DNA of 60,694 nt, filler included, from Jimgerdemannia flammicorona (taxonomy: Eukaryota): the NCBI GenBank assembly GCA_003990765.1. It is 3 parts of 3 records of this genome, joined end to end, with 100 filler letters (N's around TTAATTAATTAA, not from the genome) between each part and the next. Parts side by side here need not be neighbours in the genome. Positions count along the whole stretch, not along the records: positions 1 to 20,170 come from RBNJ01001744.1; positions 20,271 to 40,439 come from RBNJ01001745.1; 1 more part is not named here. The stretch is one strand, 5' to 3'. The position numbers were made by a program, and so were the translations under genes. Numbering within the stretch: position 1 is the stretch's first letter; every line of letters starts with the position of its first letter. Shown piece after piece: positions 10,520-22,689 of the stretch. A model generated the notes under the pieces. It searched no databases. It saw only the letters and a program-made list of their open reading frames with translations, and was not told where the DNA came from.

Positions 10520-12570
10520 TTATTTTGTTGAATGATAAGATAATAGAGGAGAATATTCTGAGTATTATTAATATCTCTATTAAGTTTGTTTAATAAGTTA
10601 GATAGTGAAATATTTTAAATCTACTCAGATCATAATAGAGATAATTATCTCTTAGATTATAAATATAATATATAAATATATAAATATATATTTATATAAA
10701 AAGTAACTTAATATTATAATTATTTATATATTTTATAAATTAAATATTAATAAAAGTAAAAGTATAATTATATAATATATAGTTTTAAAATAAATACTAT
10801 TTAATTATTTTCTATATAGAAAACTTTAATATAAAAATAACTTAATAGTTCTTATATGTATATAGACTAACTATTTACAACTATTGAGAGCAATTAATTA
10901 TATGATATCTTTGACCTTCTCAAGTATGATTTATATATATCAAGTACTGATACTATTTATAATAATGTTCTGGAGATCTATAGAAAGGAGTATAATATCT
11001 TTACCAGATACTTTAGATAAAATAAGAGTAATATTATAATATTGTAATTCCTCTCTCTCTCCTCCTCTTCTTTCAAAAAAAAAAATAAAATTTAACAAGC
11101 AGAATTTCATTTATAATTAATATATAGATGTCTTCTAATACTATTTTATTTCTGGGTATTACTGATCATTAGATTGATATTGATTAGTAGTTTCAATCTC
11201 TTACTCTTAACTTTATTAAGTTTGAGAGTTCTTATTCAAAAGAAATATTGTAGATACTTTTATTAAATATATCTGTGAGCTTGAGATTATAACTAAGATA
11301 AAAAGATAAAAAAAAAAAAAACTAAGATAAAAAGAGAAGGACTTACTATTTTCTGATTAGAGAAAACTAAATAAAAACTTTTTTTTTTTTTAATAGTTTA
11401 TTATTTTAACTCTATTTTTTTACAAAATTGTCTTCTGAAAATTTTAAGTATAGATTTTAGCTATTATGATAGATAATGTTATAAATAATATAATCTTTTT
11501 CTATATTTTAGCAACTAACTTTTAATAGAAAATATATTCTTTAATATAGAAAATTATCATATACATATATTATCAAACCCATATACTAAATTTTGCTATA
11601 AGATTATCTTATATATATAAATAAAACATTCTAAAATAAAGGTGAAATTGGTGGTAGAAATCTGAGTATTATTTCTAAGTCATATAAACTAGCTATAATA
11701 GTCCAATTATATGTATCTATAATAATGAGACAAATTTTCTATAAGTATAGGAATATATTGGTTTAGTCTCAAAAGAACTAATATTAGATATATATCTATA
11801 TCTATTAGAACTTAATATAAATAGTAATTTAATATATACTGAAGTTTGCTATAGTTAATACTTTTTAATTAATTAATATAAATCAGTTTTCAGTTAGCTG
11901 AGATATATAAAAATTAAAAAAAATCAATAAATTCTATAGTTGCTACTGATAAGAATATATAGAGTAAGGCTATTAATAAAGATGAGTGAGATATATTAAG
12001 AAGTGTTGTCAGAGTTTTAGAAGTATATAAAAGATTACTTTAATTCTATATTTATTTTAACTACTCTCTCTCTCTCTCTCTATAGTAATATAACTATTTA
12101 CTATTTTTACCTACTAGTATTTTAATGAATATATGAAGAAAATAGTAAAAAAAAAAACATTTTGATAGTAAGCTCTGTAATTCTAATATACAATCTCTTA
12201 ATTGACTAATTAAAGAATAAGTAAGAGAGCAAGCTAAAGAATAGTAATAAATTTTAACTGAGTCTAATTTAGAGATATACTATAAAGACTATCTTAAGTA
12301 AGCTTAGAAAATACTATTCTAAAATAAATATTATTATTTTCTCAATTAGTACTAGTAAGTCAGCATTACTACTCTTTTTTTCTAAAAAAAAACTTCCTAC
12401 CAAACTTACTCTCTTTATACAGTATTAGATCTATACTTAAAGCTTCAATATTATAAAGATCAGAGCTGAGAGCAGTAGTATATTAAAAAAGTAAAGTAGG
12501 CCATAATTAGAATATATTAGAAGAACTATATACTACTATAAGGTTCTGACTAAAGTTTGATTAAACTCTA
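10520..12570 (+). mobile_element. Extremely AT-rich relic, probably a hAT-like DNA transposon
   Basis: 10940-11130 is homologous to 25660-25864. Residual PSxDTI-like and DN-x2-N-like translations. No intact ORF. Confidence 0.45.
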
Positions 12571-12574
12571 CTAC

Positions 12575-12722
12575 TATACTGGTCACAAGATTGGTAGGTA
12601 ACCTTCTGAGTCTCCTTTCTCCTATTTTTACCCTCTCTACCTTGGGTTGGTTTGCTATATCTGCAAAGATATAGTGAGAGGGAAACATTGGTGTTGAGTT
12701 GCTTCTTTATTAATATCAGATC
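12575..12722 (+). mobile_element. 5' fragment of the 1.2-kb retroposon, interrupted by family A copy 2
   Basis: ggtcacaagattggtaggtaaccttctgagtc... aligns with ~13250-13392. Confidence 0.7.
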
Positions 12723-13222
12723 TGTAAGAGGGTTGCTTTTTAGGGTAACTATTATATAGTTCTGGAAGGGTTTTCTAGAAGTTCTGGATATTTTGAAAGA
12801 CTATTTTCTTATGGTCAAGATTAATTTCATATAGAGTATGTCCTCTATACTTATTGATTTCAAGATTGGGTTGATGTCTCAACCAAAGTCCTTTCTTGGA
12901 CTAGTTCTGGATATTCAGGATTTTCTGTATTTCAGGAAGTTTAAGAAACTAAGGCCAGCTTAGTTGAATTAGCATATCACTGCAGACAATACCCAATTAG
13001 GAAATTTTGTGACAGGGTTAGGAGTGGAACCTAACAGGGAGCAGATTTACTTAAGAGTAGTTTATGGGTTATTAAATAGGTTTATTCACTATTCATGATA
13101 TTGCTATATTAGGAGTAGTTGTGTGAAGAGATATTGTGGGGAAGTGCTCAGGAGTTGTGTTTGGATTGTTCAAGTCTTTTAAGTCTGAGATTCTGAGGTC
13201 TGGGGGAGGGGGTATTTATACT

Positions 13223-14396
13223 CAAGAGCTCCTTTCTCTGCTATCTTACTAGTCATAAGGTTTGATAGGCAACCTTCCAAGTCCCTTTCCCCTATTATTA
13301 CCCCCTCTACCTTGGGTTGGTTTGCTGTACCTGTATGGGCATGGTGGGAGGAGGGCAATGGTGATGAGTTGCCCCTTTATCAGTGTCAGATTGGTATCTT
13401 CTCTACTTTTTCACAGTTTCTGGTGCCTTCAGCTACATCTGAAGTACATCCATTTTGGTGTGGTGCCTTCTTCCTTTTGCCATCACTAACAAGATAGTGT
13501 CCTGGTGTGTCTCGGGCTACATAAGGAGTCAGCCAACCTTGGGCATCAAGTACTCAGTATAGGTTACCTGCAGGTCCTTGGTACCTATAGTGGGACCCTC
13601 TGGCTTTGGCGAGCTTCCCGGCAAGCACAGTTCTGGCATATGTAACTGCTTTTCAGGTGTTGTTGGAATGGGAGGGGAGATGGCTGTCACAGATAGGAGG
13701 AAGGATGATAATGGTGAACCAGTAGGGTACCAGGCTGGGGGCAGTCATTGGGGCTGGGGTGGGTACTGCTTTGGTGGGGCCTTTTGATTGGTGCGGTGTA
13801 GTTAGGTGGTAGGTATCACTCTCAGCTTCTTTGAGCGATTTGTGGGGTTGGGCCCCAGTCATCTGGGAGGGTCGGGGGACCTGAGGCTACCCATTTCAGG
13901 CATCTTGGCTATACTCAACTGGAACTGGGAGCTGATATGGTAATGTGATTGAGGCCTGCAAGCTTGAGTAGTGGAGTATTGGGGGTCTCCTCCCACCTCA
14001 TATATAAGTCCTCTACTCACCTCGACTGGGAGAACCAGGCCCTACCCACCATGTTGTGCTTTGATGAGGGTTTTTTCTTTATCTGTCATTCTCTTTGAGG
14101 TAGTAGAGGCTATTCTATTCGGCTCAGATATGGCCTTGTATATACATTGGGTTCTCAGACATACACTTTCGGTCATTGACATATGGCTGGGTTTCCCCTG
14201 GTAGTAGGGAGAGCATGGTGTGCAGAATGAGGTATAGACTACTTTGCCCTGCTACACCTGACATAGTTGAGCTGCTGGACAATGGCTAGCCTAGGTTAAT
14301 GGGGGGGCAGTGCTTGATGGGTGGTGGGGGAGGGTTTTGGCCTATATAGTCTAGGTTTCCTTCCAATAAAAATCTGCGGGACATTAAGTTCATTAA

Positions 14397-14429
<33 letters not shown>
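13223..14429 (+). mobile_element. 1.2-kb poly(A)-tailed retroposon (SINE-like or LINE-derived) inserted in LTR A
   Basis: ~30-nt poly(A) preceded by AATAAA. Target-site duplication gggtatttatact at 13210-13222 and 14432-14444. No recognisable coding domain. Confidence 0.85.
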
Positions 14430-14433
<4 letters not shown>

Positions 14434-15649
14434 GTATTTATACTAGTGAGGGGCTATCTGGACTATATTAGGTATGGATATAGCACTAAGTATCTTGCTG
14501 AGTTAGAATGCAGTTATATAGTATAAGTGTGATCTGACATATCAAGAGATCATCTGATTGCTGAGTTAGTTCACACTCATATCATACAAGGCTAATCTAA
14601 CTATACTATGACTGCTAAGCTATTTATAGGTTTAGATATTGTCTGGGTAGTCTTCGATGACATCACTATTGATGACATCATTGCTGGCAAAGTCTGAGCA
14701 GTTTTCTGACTTCTGATATCATCAGTTTCAAGGTGTCATCACTTTTATCTCTTACAAGATTAAGGCTATTCTTGGTGGTGGTGGTTGTACAAAAATAACA
14801 GGTCTTGGTTCTCTTTTTTTTTGGTCTGCTGGTACATTTGTGAGGACTGGCCATTCTTGTCTAGGGTGAGAGCTCTCAATGTTATAGCTGGGGGTTTGAA
14901 TCTCTCAGAAATGATATTTTCTATAATCCAAGACAATTTCTAGTAGTAATATCTGTCATATGGATGGCTTGAGATTGGTTTCGACATTGTCAGCTTTCTT
15001 GAGTTCAGATGAAGCATCTGTCACTCTCCAACAGAGGTGATACAGATAGAGTGAACAGAGTTATTTAAATGCATTTTGCTTCTGCTAAGTAATGAGGTTT
15101 TGTATAGTCATAGTGTATCTTGGTCTTGAGTTGATAAGTGCAGTTCATGAACCTTTTGGTAGATGAGATAGGGTTCTTCTTGTCTCAATTTGAGTTTGGT
15201 ACTTTTGGTTTCCTTTTGTAATAGTATAGTACACTAAACTAGTTACAGTGGTTCAGAGTCAGTTTTATGGTTGTAGTACTTCTTCTAGTATTCTTGTATC
15301 TTAGCAGTGGGTTCTCGTGCTTACTGGCATATTTTGTGTAACCAGATAATCTCTTGTTTTATAGTCTTGCATGTGGTTTCCAAATTAGTTCTGAGGATGC
15401 CATGTGATTTTGGTGGCTTAGAGGTTGTGCACTTACAACTCTCCCCTTCTTAGCTTTTGACGTCCTCATTGGGGTCTTCTAATTTGTTCTGGTGTTGTTA
15501 TACCATTTGGATGGTTTTTGTGGCTGTGTTTATTGAGGATTTATTCAACTTTGTATTCTTCTTGATCATTAATAATGACAGATGCAGATAGTTCTGTGGT
15601 TCGGTTCAGAAATATGTCTCAGACCTTCTGAAGTAGTGGTCTGACATGG

Positions 15650-18400
15650 CTATCAACTTTGGAAAAGTCTTCTTCAGAGTTTTCAGGTTCTCCTTTGGAT
15701 GGGCAGATGGAGATGACAAAGAGAGGGCATTTCTTGGCTAATTTCTTGAGTTGTAGCTTGTTGATGTGAGTGATCTTTGGTCCAGAGTCACTAGAATTAA
15801 GTGGGTCCTTTTCATCTTATAGTTTGAAGTTATGGTGTCCTTTCTTGATGGTCAGAGAATGGTTTACCCAATCAATCATGGGGTTCTCTTGTTTCAACCA
15901 TTGGGTTCCAAGGATGATTTCATTGTCAGAGAGTGGTATGATCTGGAGAGTAATATGTACTCAATAGTCTCCAATTCAGAAGAGTAGGTTGTAGACTTCC
16001 TTGCTAATAATATATGAGATTCCATCAGCTGTGGCAACTGCTTGAGTTTGTTGTACCAGAGAGGTGAAGACCTTGAATCTATTGGCTGTTTCTTCATTAA
16101 TGAAGTTGCCTGAGGCACCACTGTCTATCATAATCTTGACAGGTGCTCAGTTGACAAAAGCTTTAAGTGTAAGTAGTTTGTCTGATCCAATAGTGGTAAT
16201 TTCAGTTGTAGGAGCTTTCCTTCTGTTGGTTCTTCTTTGAGCCAATTCATTGATACAAGAGAAGCAATCATCAATCATTTGGGAAGAGTACATTCCAATG
16301 CTATAAGGGCATCGGCCACTTGGTACATATCCATCTTCGATCTTCTTGTAGAATTGTTCTTCTTTGCTCATGGTAGGTTGGGCTGGAGCCTTATTCAATG
16401 AGCCAAATCCTTTGGATCCTTGAATAGTAGGTAGTAGTTCAGGGACTTCCTTGACTGTCAGGGTTGACTTGATTTTTTGAATAGGATCTGGGCAATGCAG
16501 AAACCTATAGGGATCTTGAAGGGTATCCAACTATGGTTTCAGATGAGGACAATAATTTCACCTGTATAATCCTTATTAATAACTCCTCCTTCTACTGAGA
16601 GTCCCTTCAATGCTAGGCTGCTGTGACAGCATATTCTTCCAACATATCCCTCAGGAATTTGGATACTGATTCCTGTGTAGACTTGCTTGACTTCTCAGTT
16701 GGAAACTGTAGCTTCTTCAGCTGTATATAGATCATATCTGACTGCTTTTTGACTTCCTTTGATTGGGGCCTTGGCAGTTTGCCTTAACTTGACAAAGTCT
16801 AGTATTCTGGTGGTCAGGTTGTTGAGGTGGTGCAGAGTAGTAACAGTTGCTCATATTGCTGTTCAGGGTTTTTGGTTGAGGCAGGCACTAGCCATGTGTC
16901 CTGTCTTTCAGTAATAGAAGTATGCTCCGCTTCTTCAAAGTTTGTTCCTTTCTTCTTCAGTCAGTTTCTTGAAGGTACTCAGCTGGATGGGTTTGTGATT
17001 TCTGAGTGTCTATGAGGTAGATGTGGAGGGAGCTTGGGATACTTCATACTTGGGTTCTTCTTTCTTGGTCCAAGTCTTTTCCTTATTGTTGAATTGTCTT
17101 TGGAGCAGAATTGGTTCAGCTGTTAGGATTTGCTTGACCATAGTCTTGATTCTTACCAGGCACTATTGTTGGTGATCACAACCAACTGGGCAGCCTTGTT
17201 CTTAGATTTTTCTAGTAAGCCATTCAGGCAGGGCATCGAATAAATGGTCTGCTCTTGTACCATTTCATGCTTCATCATTGGTAATATATCCTAGGCCAAC
17301 AATGTTCAGGAGTGACTCAAGTTTTGTACAGAAGGTTTCGAATTCTTCTTTACCATATATATCAAATTTGAGATTGCAGAGTTTTACTTGAGATTCAGCA
17401 ATTATGGTTTCACTGCGGTATTGGGCAATCATGAGTTGTTTGAGTCCAGGGGCTACAGGATGAGCTCCATATCCTAGGGCATTATTTGCTATATTCTGTG
17501 CAACTACTGCAGGTTGGGTGTCCCATGTGAGGGGTTTTTCAGGAAGGGTTTGCTACTATTCTTCAGCAGGTCCTCAGAAGAATGTAACAACTTGGCAGAC
17601 ATAGGCTGTAGTGGTAGTAAAGAGTTGTTCCAGAGTGTGGTCTTGATTGTTTGTCAGAACATGGTCAGCAACTCGCTCATTGGTCCATTAATTGGCTTCG
17701 AAGTTGGTGTCAACTATACTAATAAAGCTTTGGACTTCTTGTGCAGTACCATTGAAGGTAGGTAGGCTCAGATTTTTGGTAGGTTGGGTCTGTTCAGCTA
17801 AGGCAGTAATGGTTGCTGCCATTATGGCTATCTGAGCTGTGAGGTCTAGAATCTGTTGGTTTGCCATATTGTTTACTGGAGGCAGTTGGACTGCTGGTAG
17901 TGGTGTTACTAGTACTACTTGAGGTACTAGTGTAGAGTGTGAGGGTGTTCTTTAGGTCTGTGTAAGTTGCTGGAGTAGTAGTTGTGGGTCTAGAGTAAGG
18001 GCTTGATAGATAGCTGTTTATTGCTGTGTAGATATATTCTGTCCTGATGGAAGTATATCTCCTTCAGTAGTGTATCCAGGATCGAATTCACTGAGATACT
18101 CCTCCTCTTCTTCAGTTTGGTCCCCATGTAATTGGGTTTGCTCAGTGTCAAAGTAGACAGAATCAGTTATATATCTGATTTCGGATAGACTTAATTCAAA
18201 GTCAAGTTTAGGTTCGGTATTGGTTTCAGATTCAGGTAGGGCTGTAGCAGGGCCTGTTTCTGGTTCAGGGTCAGGTAGTTGATGAAGGGTTTCTCTTACT
18301 TCTTCTTTAAGAATATGGTAGACCTTACTGTTCTGGAATCAGTAGTATAATGTGGTCTTGGTCCTGGTGTGGTGAAAGTCAGTAGAGTTGAGCTACTTGG
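15650..18400 (-). pseudogene. Family A gag-CCHC-dUTPase-Cys module-aspartic protease, disrupted
   Basis: GHMASAC knuckle at ~16900. dUTPase VEGGVINKDYTGEI and GSKGFGS at 16400-16790. Protease IMIDSGASGNFI at ~16120. Many TAA/TAG/TGA stops. Confidence 0.85.
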
Positions 18401-19514
18401 CTACAAAGACTTGGGCTTCATGAGGAACTAAGGCTAGAAAGACTGCTACTGATTATCCTAGGTCACTCGGATTTGTGGAGCTGACAAAACTCTTGTTGAG
18501 AAGAGTAAAGAAGGCTTCTATAAGACCTTCTTCATCTTGACTTACTGGGTGTAGAGCAAGTTCGGTGAATAGGGTTTTGCCTATTTGCTGATTTAACTGA
18601 AGTATTTCTTTCTTCGAATGAAGTTTGTCCCACTTGTTGCAGGTATAGAGGTCAAATTGTCCTTATACATTAGGTTCAATTCTCTTCAGATTGTCAGATG
18701 GTTCAGGATAAATTTCAGTTCAGAGATTGGGCTTTATACCAACTTGTAGAAATTCACAGAGGGGTTTTGTAGCAGGATGAGGAAGCATCTTGAAGTGGAA
18801 TTAGATTGTAAACCACTGCTACTAAGTTGTAAGAGGGTTGCTTTTTAAGGTAACCATTACATAGTTCTGGAAGAGTTTTCTGGAAGTTCTGGATATTCTG
18901 GAAGACTGTTTTCTTATGGTCAAGATCAATTTCATATAGAGTATATCCTCTATGCTTATTGATTTCAAGATCAGGTTGACATCTCAACCAAAGTCCTTTC
19001 TTGGACTAGTTCTGAATATTCAGGATTTTCTGTATTTCAGGAAGTTCAAGAAACTAAGGCCAGCTTAGTTGAATTGGCATATCACTGCAGATAATACCAA
19101 ATTAGGAAATTTCATGATGGGGTTAGGAGTGGGACCTAACAGAGAGCAGATTTACTTAAGAGTAGTTTGTGGGTTATTAAATAGGTTTATTCGCTATTCA
19201 TAATATTGCTATACTAGAAGTAGTTGTGTGAAGGGATATTGTGGAGAAGTGCTTAGGAGTTATATTTGGATTGTTCAAGTCTTTCAAGTCTGAGATTCTG
19301 AGGTCTGGGGGAGGGGGTATTTATACTAGTGAGGGGCTATCTGGACTATGCTAGGTATGGATGTAATACTAAGTGCCTTGCTGAGTCAGAATACAGTCAT
19401 ATAGTACAAGTATGATCTGATATGTCAAGAGATCATCTGACTGCTGAGTCAGTTTACAGCTATGTTATATAAGGCTAATCTAACTATACTATGACTGCTA
19501 AGCTATTTATAGGT

Positions 19515-19904
19515 TTAGACATTGTCTGGGTAGTCTTCAATGACATCACTATTGATGACATCATCACTGGCAAAGTCTGAGCAGTTTTCTGACTTCTGAC
19601 ATCATCAGTTTTAAGGTATCATCACTTCTATCTCTTGCAAGATTAAGGCTGTCCTTGGTAGTGGTGGTTGTACAAGGATAACAGGTCTTGGTTCTCTTTT
19701 TTTTTGGTCTGCTGGTGCATTTGTAAGGACTGGCCATTCTCATCTAGGGTGAGTGCTCCCAATGTCGCAGCTGGGGGTTCGAACCTCTTGGAAATGATAT
19801 TTTCTGTAATCTGAGGCAATTTCTAATAGTAATATCTGTCATATGGATGGCTTGAGATTGGTTTCGACATTGTTGGCTTTCTTGAGTTCAGATGAAGCAT
19901 CCAT
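19515..19904 (-). pseudogene. Alternative ~129-aa U3 ORF in the variant family A LTR; second copy at ~14634-15022
   Basis: ATG at 19904 to TAA at 19515 is 130 codons. The five internal stops all revert to CGA/CAA. Ends DDVINSDVIEDYPDNV, like the 365-aa ORF. The middle (EIASDY...VRTPS...WPVLTNA) matches 28200-28320. Confidence 0.55.
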
Positions 19905-20170
19905 TACTCTCCAATAGAGGTGACACAGATAGAGTGAATAGAGTTGTTCAAATGTGTTTTACTTCTGCTAAGTAATGAGATCTTATATAGTTGCAGTGCA
20001 TCTTGGTCTTGAGTTGATAAGTGCAGTTTGTGAACCTTTTGGTAGATGAGATAGGGTTCTTCTTGTCTCAATTTGAGTTTGGTACTTTCGGTTTCCTTTT
20101 GTAATAGTATAGTATACCAAACTAGTTATAGTGGTTTAGAGTCAGTCTTATGGTTGTTTTTTTTTTTTTT

Positions 20171-20270
20171 NNNNNNNNNNNNNNNNNNNNNNNNNNNNNN
20201 NNNNNNNNNNNNNNTTAATTAATTAANNNNNNNNNNNNNNNNNNNNNNNNNNNNNNNNNNNNNNNNNNNN
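20171..20270. other. Assembly gap with artificial TTAATTAATTAA spacer
   Basis: N runs flanking a linker with stops in all six frames. Identical to the gap at 40440-40539. Confidence 0.97.
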
Positions 20271-21250
20271 CCCCCAACCCTAACCGGTACATTATGCGCC
20301 CCCAGAACTCCTCCAAAACCTCACACTCACCAAGCCAATGTTCAGGCGTTTGTAACACTCCTCCCTCTTGACCAACATTAAAACAATCCTCGCATTCGAA
20401 TACCCCACCATCCACCAAGTGGCCAGACCGATAGTTCAGCATCACATTACGTCGTAGGATTCGCCACCAAGCCAACCAGAACTTGGGGGGCAGCCACTGC
20501 CTCACCCGTTTGCTCCAACTCCAGAGCCCATTCCAGTCCCACTCTTCCCCGATACCAACCCTCTGCCAAGCTTCAGGCCACAGGTCCCCACCCGGGCCAC
20601 ACAGGCACTCCAGTCCTTCGCCAAGCTGAAAGTCCTCCACCAGAGTACCACCCAATAGAAGCCGGTCCCATCGCCACATCTGCGGTCCCCAAACCTCCTT
20701 GGCCTCATCACCTCGCCACCTAAGGCCGATCTTCTTAGCTCCATCTACTGCTCCCCACCAAAAGCCGGTATATCGCATCCGCCGGCTCCCTTCCATGGCC
20801 ACCATAGTAAGCAGGTCACCGGAGCCACCACGTGGGGAATATCGAGTCTCCCACAACCTCTGCATGAGTGGCACCCACTCCCGACCCCGTAGCTCACCCG
20901 CCCTCCTTAGCCACCAGGCCCTCAGGCACAAAAGCCGCTTAGTAAAGTCCACTAAGCCCAGCCCACCTCTCTCCAAAGGCAGTGTGAGTACTTCCCAGCC
21001 AACCTGGCTCCGCCGCCCTCCCCAGATCCATGATCTCGCCACCTTCAACAACCCCTTAACTACCCATGGCGGGAAATCCAAGTGATAACCAACATACCAC
21101 AACTTCGGCATCCAGTACACATTCAACACCATCACACTCCCAGCAAGGGACATATGCCGGCCACCCCAACGCGTCAAGACATCGCCCCACTCCAGTAGTT
21201 TACGGTCCCACCATGCCCGGGGAAGAAGAGACCCGAATACGGAGAAGTAG
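20271..21250 (-). mobile_element. L1/Tx1-clade LINE ORF2, C-terminal part (end of RT plus zf-RVT), 5'-truncated and young
   Basis: SLAGSVMVLNVYWMPKLWY...VGWEVLTLPLERGGLGLVD...CEDC...TPEHWLGEC. Frame open and CpGs retained. The poly(T) at 20157-20170 may be its tail. Confidence 0.88.
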
Positions 21251-21989
21251 ATAGATATAGGTGTGTCTGCTGGACACAGGTGTGTCTTCAGGACACAGGT
21301 AAACAACCTTGGTTTGGTATCCTGGCTAATTATAAATGTGGTAGATATAAGTAACTAGGATATACTGGAAGTCACATCATACTGGAGGTTTGCCTCATCT
21401 GGCTAATTATAATTCAAGTGGTATGTTTTGGTTTGTCACAATATCTTCTAATATTATCTGATATTTCTTTTAAAATTTCTCCTAAATCTAGTTTTAGATC
21501 TTTAGATATTTTAAAAAGTATTTGATGATAGTGAAAACTGGGAACTAGCAGTGAGCTAGAGAGTGGAGAGCTAGAGAGCAGTAAGGAAAATGAGTTGAGC
21601 AGAAAATGAGCTGAGTGAAGAATAAGCTAAGAAGTAGTAAACTAGAGAGCAGAGAGTTGGGAGTAGTGAGCAGCAGAATAGATACTAGGAAGTCAAGATC
21701 TGTGGAGCCTAGAACAAGAGTCAGCAAGCTGGGGGACAGTAAGATGGAGAGCAGCAAGCAAGAAACAGAGAGTGAGCTTGGAGGCAGTATAAGGTATAAT
21801 AGCCAAAGATCAATTAACAGTAATAAGCTCATGACTGATTTCATTATTTAAAGATAGATAGAAGATAGATGAATAAATATACATAGATGGCAAACTGATA
21901 TTTATTATATAACTATAAACAGTAAAGCAAACAAACTTTGGAGATTTTGTATATTCTATATAATTTAGTATATTCTGCATAAGTTCTAA

Positions 21990-22180
21990 TTGAGCAATGT
22001 TTGTAATAATATTTGAGCAAGATTTATAGTAATATTTGAGTAAGGTTTGTAATAATGTTTGAGTGATATTTGATTTGTAGTAAGATTTGCAATGAGGTTT
22101 GAGATTTGTAAGTGAGATTAAAATGAGATTTGCAAGTAATGTTTGAGTGAGATTTACAAGTAATATTTGAGTGAGATTTG
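21990..22180. repeat. Degenerate tandem repeat (tttgagtgagatttgcaagtaat-like units)
   Basis: About 7-8 imperfect 20-24 bp units. Confidence 0.6.
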
Positions 22181-22689
22181 TCTAAACCAGACTTTGCAAG
22201 CCTTGCACTTATATGCTTATAAGTCTGAATAAACTCAGTCTGACAAATTGATATAATATATATATATATAAGCTGATATCATATAATATCAGCTATTAGC
22301 TGAGTAGACTGAGCCAGCTGAGCAGACTGAGTAGAGCTTTTGACTTATATTTGCAAATCTTACTTATACTTATACTTATACTTATACTTGTAATCTAGAG
22401 CATTTCTTACTATATTCTACTCTTCTTACATTACTCTTATGTATTTCTCTATATTTCTCACCTTTATTTCTCAGATTGTAAATAATATGTAATTTATTAG
22501 AGATTTTAAAGAGATTCTGAAAGAGCTTCTGAAAGATATTATAATAGCTTTTGAATAATTAATATATAAAAAACTTCATTAATATTTATTTATTCTCATC
22601 TTTCACTTTATCTGTTAATTTCTTTACTTCACTATATTGAGAATATATATATAGATATAGCTGCCTGGTCAATAAGTATTTATAAGGCC

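Larger units (their letters stand above)
12723..20156 (-). mobile_element. Ty3/gypsy family A copy 2, non-autonomous (RT-RNaseH-IN deleted), with variant LTRs
   Basis: 3' LTR 12723-15437 with PPT (minus AGAAGGGGAGAGT). 5' LTR starts at 18828 and is truncated at ~20156. Internal gag, CCHC, dUTPase and protease are followed directly by a chromodomain stub. Confidence 0.9.

Noticed and set aside
13262..14204. Short ORFs in the 1.2-kb retroposon
   Set aside because: No recognisable domain and frames are broken in the 2468-3503 copy. The similarity merely reflects nucleotide homology.
20215..20226. Palindromic TTAATTAATTAA inside both N gaps, and ORFs ending ...XXLIN
   Set aside because: Artificial scaffolding linker, not biological.
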